A stretch of 32,000 nt of DNA, taken from Pseudomonas aeruginosa (lineage in GTDB: Bacteria > Pseudomonadota > Gammaproteobacteria > Pseudomonadales > Pseudomonadaceae). Below, piece by piece: positions 23,036-29,062 of the stretch; position 1 is the first letter of the stretch, and every line of letters begins with the position of its first letter. The notes beneath the pieces are model-generated. The model was not told the origin of the DNA. It searched no databases and saw nothing but the letters and a program-made list of their open reading frames with translations. Both the position numbers and the translations under genes were made by a program. The stretch lies in NCBI RefSeq assembly GCF_001457615.1, contig NZ_LN831024.1, positions 720,001 through 752,000 on the forward strand. Reading direction: 5' to 3'.

Positions 23036-23533
23036 ATGGCCCGTGGGGTTAACAAAGTCATTCTGGTTGGTAACGTCGGTGGTGACCCGGAAACCCGCTA
23101 CATGCCCAACGGCAATGCGGTGACCAACATCACCCTCGCCACCAGCGAGAGCTGGAAGGACAAGCAGACCGGCCAGCAACAGGAGCGCACCGAATGGCAC
23201 CGCGTGGTGTTCTTCGGCCGCCTGGCGGAGATCGCCGGCGAGTACCTGCGCAAGGGTTCCCAGGTCTACGTCGAAGGCAGCCTGCGCACCCGCAAGTGGC
23301 AGGGCCAGGACGGTCAGGATCGCTACACCACCGAGATCGTGGTCGACATCAACGGCAACATGCAGTTGCTCGGCGGCCGCCCCTCCGGCGACGATTCGCA
23401 GCGCGCCCCGCGCGAGCCCATGCAGCGCCCGCAGCAGGCCCCGCAGCAGCAGTCGCGTCCGGCCCCGCAGCAGCAACCGGCGCCGCAACCGGCCCAGGAC
23501 TACGACAGCTTCGACGACGACATTCCGTTCTAA
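23036..23533 (+). CDS. ssb: Single-stranded DNA-binding protein
   Basis: 165 aa. OB fold [40 protein letters not shown], a Pro/Gln-rich linker, and the conserved acidic tip DDDIPF. SD AGGAGA. It starts 16 nt after the MFS stop. Confidence 0.97.
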   Translation: MARGVNKVILVGNVGGDPETRYMPNGNAVTNITLATSESWKDKQTGQQQERTEWHRVVFFGRLAEIAGEYLRKGSQVYVEGSLRTRKWQGQDGQDRYTTEIVVDINGNMQLLGGRPSGDDSQRAPREPMQRPQQAPQQQSRPAPQQQPAPQPAQDYDSFDDDIPF

Positions 23534-23578
23534 GCGACGCCCTTGCGACGCGGCCCGTCCGCGCCACGGGCAGACCTT

Positions 23579-23622
23579 CGAAGACCCCCTGCCGCCCTCG
23601 GGCCGCAGGGGGTCTTCGTTTT
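23579..23622. terminator. Terminator hairpin between convergent ssb and pchA
   Basis: 14-bp stem CGAAGACCCCCTGC (23579-23592) / GCAGGGGGTCTTCG (23605-23618), followed by TTTT (23619-23622). It abuts the pchA stop codon (23622-23624). Confidence 0.8.
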
Positions 23623-25052
23623 CAGGCGACGCCGCGCTGCAAGGGCACTTCGTCCAGGCCGCCTATGGCGGACAGAGCGTCCCGCATGGCACTGAGCTTA
23701 AGGCAGGTTTCGCGATACTCGTGGGCCGGTTCCGAATCGCCTACCAGACCGCAGCCGGCGAACAGGTAGCCCCGGCCCGGCGTGAGCAGGGCCGAGCGCA
23801 GCGCCACCAGGAAATCGCCGTTGCCTTCGCTGTCGAGCCAGCCCAGCGGCGCGGCGTACCAGCCGCGGTCCATCCCTTCGTGCTGGCGGATGTAGTCCAG
23901 CGCCGCGCTGCGTGGGTAGCCGCCCACCGCGGGGGTCGGATGCAGCGCCTGCAGCAGCCGCAGGATGCCGCCTGCGTCAGCGAGGCGGGCGCGGATCGGC
24001 GTGTTCAGGTGCTGGACTCGCGCCAGTCGTTTCAGGCCGGGCGCATCGGGGATTTCCAGTACCTCGCTGAAGGGTTCCAGGGCCGTACGGATCGCCTCCA
24101 CCACCAACTGGTGTTCGTGCCTGTCCTTGGCGCTGTCCAGCAGGGCCTGTCCGAGCCGCGCATCTTCCTGGGCATCGCCGCCGCGGGCGATGGTCCCGGC
24201 CAGGGCATGGGTGAGTGCCTCGCCGGCGCGAATGCGGACCAGGCGTTCCGGGGAGGCGCCGAGGAAGCAGGCGTTGCCGCGGCGACAGGCGAACAGCTGG
24301 GCGTCGGCATGTTGCAGACGCAGGTGTTCGATGACCTGCCACGGCTCGATGTCGCCGAGAGGCCGGGCCTGGGTGCGGGCCAGCACGACCTTGCCGAAGC
24401 GTCCCTGGCGGACACTGCTTACCGCGTCGCTCACCTTGGCTTCCCATTGCCTGCGCTCCTGCGCCGAAGCGTCGCCCTGCGCGCCAGCGGTCGGCCCCGA
24501 GGGCCGGCGTCTGGCCGGCTGCCTCAGGCGCAGTAGCGCCGAGCAGTGGTAGGCGGCCAGGGCCAGGGCATCTTCGCCGGGCTTGGCCAGGTGTTGGCAG
24601 AGTACCCGGTAGCGTTCGCCCTCGCGCAGCACGGTGATGCCGGCGAGCATCAGGCTGGCATCGGCGAAGGCTTGCCAGTGTTCCTCGCGCGGGCCGCGCG
24701 GATCGAAGCGGAATCCGCCGCACAGGCGCGGCGCCAGCGGGCCCTCGACCACGGCGTCGGCGCAGAGCAATTGCCAGTTTTCCTCGATCCGGGCGAAGCG
24801 CTGTTCGCCGTGGCCTTGCAGCTCCAGGGCGCAGCCCCAGGCGAAAAACGCCAGCTCGGGCTGTTCCCAGTACAGGCAGGGCGTTTGCCGGTCGTCCCAG
24901 GCACCGAATACCTGCAGCGGGTCCAATGGGTCGATCTCGAACGACGCCGCCACCAGCACCGGACGATCGAGCGCCTGCGCCTGGCCGATGGCGCGCTCGA
25001 AGGTGCCGCGCAAGGCGTGCAGGCACTGGCTCAGGGGTGCCAGCCGGCTCAT
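23622..25052 (-). CDS. pchA: Isochorismate synthase for the salicylate/pyochelin pathway (476 aa)
   Basis: MSRLAPLSQCLHALRGTFERAIGQAQ..., with a C-terminal chorismate-binding region (...HPTPAVGGYPRSAALDYIRQHEGMDRGWYAAPLGW...). ATG 25052 overlaps the pchB TGA (ATGA). The 579-aa track ORF is an out-of-context extension through pchB. Confidence 0.95.
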   Translation of the reverse strand: MSRLAPLSQCLHALRGTFERAIGQAQALDRPVLVAASFEIDPLDPLQVFGAWDDRQTPCLYWEQPELAFFAWGCALELQGHGEQRFARIEENWQLLCADAVVEGPLAPRLCGGFRFDPRGPREEHWQAFADASLMLAGITVLREGERYRVLCQHLAKPGEDALALAAYHCSALLRLRQPARRRPSGPTAGAQGDASAQERRQWEAKVSDAVSSVRQGRFGKVVLARTQARPLGDIEPWQVIEHLRLQHADAQLFACRRGNACFLGASPERLVRIRAGEALTHALAGTIARGGDAQEDARLGQALLDSAKDRHEHQLVVEAIRTALEPFSEVLEIPDAPGLKRLARVQHLNTPIRARLADAGGILRLLQALHPTPAVGGYPRSAALDYIRQHEGMDRGWYAAPLGWLDSEGNGDFLVALRSALLTPGRGYLFAGCGLVGDSEPAHEYRETCLKLSAMRDALSAIGGLDEVPLQRGVA

Positions 25053-25354
25053 GCGGCACCCCGTGTCTGGCGCCAGTACTTGATCTGCTCGGCGATGTAC
25101 CAGTGGATGATCTGCGCGAACAGTCCCTCGACGAAGGGCGCGTCGAGTCCGTTCTCCTCGGCCCAGCGGGCGCGCTCGGGGAGCATCGCGGCGACCCGCT
25201 CGGGCGCCGGAATCGCCGCCTCGCTGGCCTTGAAGCGCGACGCCGCCTTGACGTAGTCCATGCGGCGGCCGAGGGCCTGGACGATATCCAGGTCGATCCG
25301 GTCGATGGCCTCGCGGATGTCCGCCAGGCCGGTGCAGTCTTCGGGAGTTTTCAT
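25049..25354 (-). CDS. pchB: Isochorismate-pyruvate lyase / AroQ-type chorismate mutase (101 aa)
   Basis: MKTPEDCTGLADIREAIDRIDLDIVQALGRRMDYVKAASRFKASEAAIPAPERV... matches the PchB sequence as I recall it. A tandem ATGATG means the start could equally be 25357 (102 aa). Confidence 0.93.
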   Translation of the reverse strand: MKTPEDCTGLADIREAIDRIDLDIVQALGRRMDYVKAASRFKASEAAIPAPERVAAMLPERARWAEENGLDAPFVEGLFAQIIHWYIAEQIKYWRQTRGAA

Positions 25355-26109
25355 CATGCAACCTCTCGGGAAAGGGCGTCGGGATGTGCGAGGCGGCGCA
25401 GCAGGTGCTCGATCACCGCGTCGCGCCTCTCGCTCAGGTAGAAGTGGCCGCCAGGAAAGCGCCGCAGCCTGGCGGGAGTCCGGCTGGCGTCGCTCCAGGC
25501 CTGCGCCTCGGCGGCGCTGACTTCCTCGTCGTGCTCGCCGAGGAGGACGTCGAGGGCGCAGGCCAGGGCGATGGGCTGCGCCCGTCGGTAGGTCTCGATC
25601 GCCTGGTAGTCGGCGCGCAGGATCGGCAGGAACAGCGCGCGCAGGTCGGCGTCCTCGAGTAGCTCGCTGGCGCCACCCTGGCGGCGGACGTCCTCCAGCA
25701 GCGCCGCCTCGTCGCCGCGGTGCAACGCGCCGCCGCGTTGCCGGTGCGGTGCCGGATGGGCGGAGACGAACAGGTGGCGCAGCGGCGCGCCGGCGCTTTC
25801 CAGGCGCAGGGCGGTTTCGTAGGCCAGCGCCGCGCCGAGACTGTGGCCGAACAGCGCCAGGGGCGCGTCGGCGAAATCGCGCAGGGCGAGGGCGGCGCCG
25901 TCGGAGAGGTCCTCCAGGCGGGTGGCCGGCGCCTCGTTGAAGCGGTCCTCGCGACCCGGGTACTGCAGGGCAAGCAGGTCGATGTCTGGCGGCAGGCGTT
26001 CGCTCCAGCTACGGAAGAAGCTGGCGCTGCCGCCTGCATGGGGGAAGCAGGCCAGGCGCAGGCGCGGCATCGGCGTCAGGCGGAACGGCCGGACCCAGGC
26101 GGCGCTCAT
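25354..26109 (-). CDS. pchC: Type II (editing) thioesterase of pyochelin synthesis (251 aa)
   Basis: CFPHAGGSASFFRSW and the GHSLGAALAYE (GxSxG) nucleophile-elbow motifs are present. ATGA overlaps occur with both the pchD stop and the pchB start. Confidence 0.93.
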   Translation of the reverse strand: MSAAWVRPFRLTPMPRLRLACFPHAGGSASFFRSWSERLPPDIDLLALQYPGREDRFNEAPATRLEDLSDGAALALRDFADAPLALFGHSLGAALAYETALRLESAGAPLRHLFVSAHPAPHRQRGGALHRGDEAALLEDVRRQGGASELLEDADLRALFLPILRADYQAIETYRRAQPIALACALDVLLGEHDEEVSAAEAQAWSDASRTPARLRRFPGGHFYLSERRDAVIEHLLRRLAHPDALSREVA

Positions 26110-27749
26110 GCGCGGGCCTCCAGCTCGCGGCGCAGGCGCTCGCGCAGGTCCTTCTTGCTGATCTTGCCGATGCCGGTTTGGGGGAAGGCCGGGACCAGCT
26201 CGATGCGGTCCGGCACCTTGAACGCGGCCAGCCCGCAGGCGTGCAGGTATTGCTTCAGCTTCAGCGCCGAGGGCGCCGGCTGGCGCGGGATGACGAAGGC
26301 GCAGGTGCGCTCGCCGAGCAGGCTGTCGGGCATCGCCACGACGGTGGCGTCGTGCACCTGCGGATGGGCTATCAGCAGGTTCTCCACCTCTTCCGCGGCG
26401 ATCTTCTCGCCGCCGCGGTTGATCTGGTCCTTATCGCGGCCCTCCACCACCAGGTAGCCGTCCTTGTCGCGGCTGACCCGGTCGCCGGTGCGGTAGAAGC
26501 CGTCCGCGCTGAAGGCCTTGGCGTTGTGTTCGGGCAGGCGGTAGTAGCCGCGGATGGTGTAGGGACCGCGCACGGTCAGTTCGCCCACCTCGCCGGGGCC
26601 GACCTCGCGGCCCTCGGCGTCGACCACCCGCACTTCGTCGTCCGGCGACAGCGGCCGGCCCTGGGTATGCAGCACGCGTTCGGGCGGATCGTCCAGGCGG
26701 GTGTAGCAGATCAGCCCCTCGGCCATTCCCAGCACCTGTTGCAACTGGCAGCCGAGCACCGGTTCGACGCGTTGCGCGGCACTGCTGCCGAGCCTGGAGC
26801 CGCCGACCTGGAGCAGACGCAGGCTGGATAGATCGGCGCGGCGGCTTTCCTGGGCATCCAGCCAGAGCATCGCCAGCGGCGGTACCAGGGCGGTGTGGGT
26901 GACCCGTTCACGGGCGATCAGGGCGAAGCAATGCTCGGGATCGGCGCGCTGGCTGACCACCACGCGGCCGCCGGCCAGCAGCGTGCCGATCACTCCGGGG
27001 CAGCAGAGAGTGAAGTTGTGCGCCATCGGCAAGCCGGTGAGGTACACCGTGTGCTCGTCGAAGCCGCAGACCTCGGCGCTGGCGCGGACGTTGTAGAGAT
27101 ACTCGCGATGACGCCGGGGAATCAGCTTCGGCGTGCCGGTGGTGCCGCCGGACAACTGGAAGCAGGCGATATCCTCGGCGCGGGCGGCGCAGTCTTCCAG
27201 CGCGTCGGCCTGGTACAGCGGTGCCAGCGCTTGCAGCGGCGCCTCGGCTTCGCCGTGGATCAGCGCCATCCGGCAGGCGCCGCTGGCGAGCAGCTCACGG
27301 GCCATCGGCCGTGGGTCGAAGCCGTCGATCCGTTCGGCGCCGATGTAGGCCTTGGCCTCGGCGAAGCGACAGAAACCGCTGATCTCATGCTGGCGATGGG
27401 CGGGGAGGGCGAGCACCGGGCGTACGCCGAGCTGGAACAGGGCGAAGCAGGTCTCGACGAAGGCGATGCCGTTGGGCAGGTGCAGCACTACCGTGTCGCC
27501 ATGTGCGAGGCCGGCCTGGCGCAGTCCGGCTGCCAGGCGGCGGCAGCGCTGGAGCAGGTCGGCATAGCTGAGCCGCTGGTCGTCGTCGCAGAGCGCGATC
27601 CGCCGCGGATGGCGCGCGGCGCTGGCGGCCAGGGCTTCGGCGAAGTTCTGGTCCTGCCAGTGGCCGGCGTCGAGATAGCGGCGGACGAAGGCGGCGGGCC
27701 AGTCGGGGGCGTCGTCGACGGCCGATGGGGTGACGGGCGAGGAAGTCAT
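26106..27749 (-). CDS. pchD: Salicylate-AMP ligase (stand-alone adenylation enzyme, 547 aa)
   Basis: MTSSPVTPSAVDDAPDWPAAFVRRYLDAGHW.... Adenylate-forming motifs FQLSGGTTGTPKLIPRRH, YRTGDRVSRDKDGYLVVEGRDKDQINRGGEKI and GKISKK are present. SD GGAG lies 7 nt upstream of ATG 27749. The track start at 27779 has no SD and abuts the Fur box. Confidence 0.92.
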   Translation of the reverse strand: MTSSPVTPSAVDDAPDWPAAFVRRYLDAGHWQDQNFAEALAASAARHPRRIALCDDDQRLSYADLLQRCRRLAAGLRQAGLAHGDTVVLHLPNGIAFVETCFALFQLGVRPVLALPAHRQHEISGFCRFAEAKAYIGAERIDGFDPRPMARELLASGACRMALIHGEAEAPLQALAPLYQADALEDCAARAEDIACFQLSGGTTGTPKLIPRRHREYLYNVRASAEVCGFDEHTVYLTGLPMAHNFTLCCPGVIGTLLAGGRVVVSQRADPEHCFALIARERVTHTALVPPLAMLWLDAQESRRADLSSLRLLQVGGSRLGSSAAQRVEPVLGCQLQQVLGMAEGLICYTRLDDPPERVLHTQGRPLSPDDEVRVVDAEGREVGPGEVGELTVRGPYTIRGYYRLPEHNAKAFSADGFYRTGDRVSRDKDGYLVVEGRDKDQINRGGEKIAAEEVENLLIAHPQVHDATVVAMPDSLLGERTCAFVIPRQPAPSALKLKQYLHACGLAAFKVPDRIELVPAFPQTGIGKISKKDLRERLRRELEARA

Positions 27750-27784
27750 GCGATCTCCGTGGATGCGGTCGATTGCCATTGCTG

Positions 27785-27803
27785 GGAAATGAGATTTATT
27801 ATC
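27785..27803. promoter_or_regulatory. Fur box in the pchD promoter
   Basis: GGAAATGAGATTTATTATC. Read on the pchD strand it is GATAATAAATCTCATTTCC, matching 13/19 of the consensus GATAATGATAATCATTATC (my hand alignment). Confidence 0.7.
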
Positions 27804-27837
27804 ATTGGCGGGCGGCAGGGACCGCGCAAGCCCGCGC

Positions 27838-27870
27838 CTTTCGATTGCGGGGCTTTTTCATTCGCTGCAG
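27838..27870 (-). promoter_or_regulatory. PchR-box-like element upstream of pchD
   Basis: Minus-strand CTGCAGCGAATGAAAAAGCCCCGCAATCGAAAG matches the element at 28928-28960 at 24/33 positions. Both have the same orientation relative to the downstream gene. Confidence 0.7.
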
Positions 27871-27892
27871 GGGCGGAGTGCAGGGCGCTTTG

Positions 27893-27925
27893 TCCATCTC
27901 CGCTAAAAAGTCCCCCTGCCCCCAC
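27893..27925 (+). promoter_or_regulatory. Degenerate third copy of the PchR-box core, facing pchR
   Basis: The core AAAAAGTCCCCCTGCC (27905-27920) matches the pchE-box core AAACAGTCCGGCTGTC at 12/16 positions. The flanks diverge. Confidence 0.35.
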
Positions 27926-27978
27926 GTATCCAGGAAGGCGTCGCCGCGTCGGCAGCGCCCGGGCTACAGGAAAACCTG

Positions 27979-28869
27979 ATGACCATCACCATCATTGCTC
28001 CGCCACAGGCCGATGCCGCCGCGCCGGCACCGGGCAACCGGCCCGGCGTCGCGCACATCGATCCGAACATGAAGCTGGTGACCGGAACCTTCTGTTCGGC
28101 CAGCGAGGACTGGTTCGAGGAACCGCTGGAGCGCGGCCTGCGCCTGATCCTCGTGCAGAGCGGCCAGTTGCGCTGCCGGATTCCCGGCCAGCCCGAGCAC
28201 CTCATCGAGGGGCCGAGCCTGTGCACCATCGCCAACGATGGCGACTTCACCTCGGCGCAGATCTACGGCACCGACAAGCCGTTGCGCTACACCATCGTCC
28301 AACTCGGCGTCGAAGCCCTGGACAGCCGCCTCGGCTGGCTGCCCGAGCAACTGATACGCCGCCCCGGCGGCGATCCGCGAATCATGAGCTGCCCGGCGCC
28401 GCGGGCGATGCAGGCGTTGGCCTCGCAGATCGCCACCTGCCAGATGCTCGGTCCGACCCGCGATCTCTACCTCGGCGGCAAGGCCCTGGAGTTGGCCGCG
28501 CTCAGCGCACAGTTCCTTTCCGGCGAGGGGCGCCCCGTCGAGGAGCCGCGCATCACCTGCTCGGAGGTCGAGCGCATCCACGCCGCCCGCGACCTGCTGG
28601 TCGGCGCCTTGCAGGAGCCGCCGTCGCTGGACACGCTGGCCAGCCGCGTGGGCATGAACCCGCGCAAGCTGACTGCCGGCTTTCGCAAGGTGTTCGGCGC
28701 CAGCGTATTCGGCTACCTGCAGGAATACCGCCTGCGCGAGGCGCACCGGATGCTCTGCGACGAAGAGGCGAACGTCTCCACGGTGGCCTACCGGGTGGGC
28801 TACAGCCCGGCGCATTTCTCCATCGCTTTCCGCAAGCGCTACGGCATCTCCCCCAGCGAGATCCGCTGA
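27979..28869 (+). CDS. pchR: AraC-family pyochelin-responsive transcriptional regulator (296 aa)
   Basis: The C-terminal double HTH of the AraC family is present (...LASRVGMNPRKLTAGFRKVFGASVFGYLQEYRLREAHRML...VSTVAYRVGYSPAHFSIAFRKRYGISPSE). It is divergent from pchD. SD AGGA lies 7 nt upstream. Confidence 0.95.
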   Translation: MTITIIAPPQADAAAPAPGNRPGVAHIDPNMKLVTGTFCSASEDWFEEPLERGLRLILVQSGQLRCRIPGQPEHLIEGPSLCTIANDGDFTSAQIYGTDKPLRYTIVQLGVEALDSRLGWLPEQLIRRPGGDPRIMSCPAPRAMQALASQIATCQMLGPTRDLYLGGKALELAALSAQFLSGEGRPVEEPRITCSEVERIHAARDLLVGALQEPPSLDTLASRVGMNPRKLTAGFRKVFGASVFGYLQEYRLREAHRMLCDEEANVSTVAYRVGYSPAHFSIAFRKRYGISPSEIR

Positions 28870-28927
28870 GTCTCCGCGACGACCCCCGACCCGGCCACGG
28901 GAGGGGTGTCGCCGCTGCGGGATGACG

Positions 28928-28960
28928 CTGCATCTAACGAAACAGTCCGGCTGTCTAAAG
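28928..28960 (+). promoter_or_regulatory. PchR-box-like element upstream of pchE
   Basis: CTGCATCTAACGAAACAGTCCGGCTGTCTAAAG matches the pchD-proximal element at 24/33 positions. Confidence 0.7.
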
Positions 28961-28999
28961 CATTGCCGGCCAGGCCTCCCAGGCAAGTGAGATAAGGTC

Positions 29000-29018
29000 G
29001 CATTTGATAATCGTTGCC
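29000..29018. promoter_or_regulatory. Fur box in the pchE promoter
   Basis: GCATTTGATAATCGTTGCC matches 12/19 of the Fur consensus, with a perfect central GATAATC. It lies 45 nt upstream of the pchE ATG. Confidence 0.6.
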
Positions 29019-29062
29019 AGGAACTGGCAACCGACCTCAGATGCTTGCCCTAGGGAGCCCCC

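Noticed and set aside
23390-23500. CAG/CCG-rich repetitive DNA in ssb, as a possible microsatellite or contingency locus.
   Set aside because: It encodes the normal Pro/Gln-rich disordered linker of SSB ([25 protein letters not shown]). The repeats are imperfect and in frame, with no homopolymeric or perfect tandem tract.
23622-25361. 579-aa version of pchA given in the track.
   Set aside because: The first 103 codons are an alternative frame of pchB. The conserved PchA N-terminus (MSRLAPLSQ...) starts at 25052, with an ATGA overlap to the pchB stop, giving the expected 476 aa.
28876-28912. Stem-loop after pchR (GCGACgACCCC...GGGGTGTCGC) as a pchR terminator.
   Set aside because: The stem is bulged and has no downstream T-tract. 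It may insulate pchR from pchE, but I cannot support calling it a terminator.
26895-28925. 676-aa plus-strand ORF spanning the pchD antisense strand, the pchD-pchR intergenic region and pchR out of frame.
   Set aside because: It runs straight through the Fur and PchR operator region and overlaps two well-supported genes. Its composition is Arg/Gly/Ala/Pro-rich.
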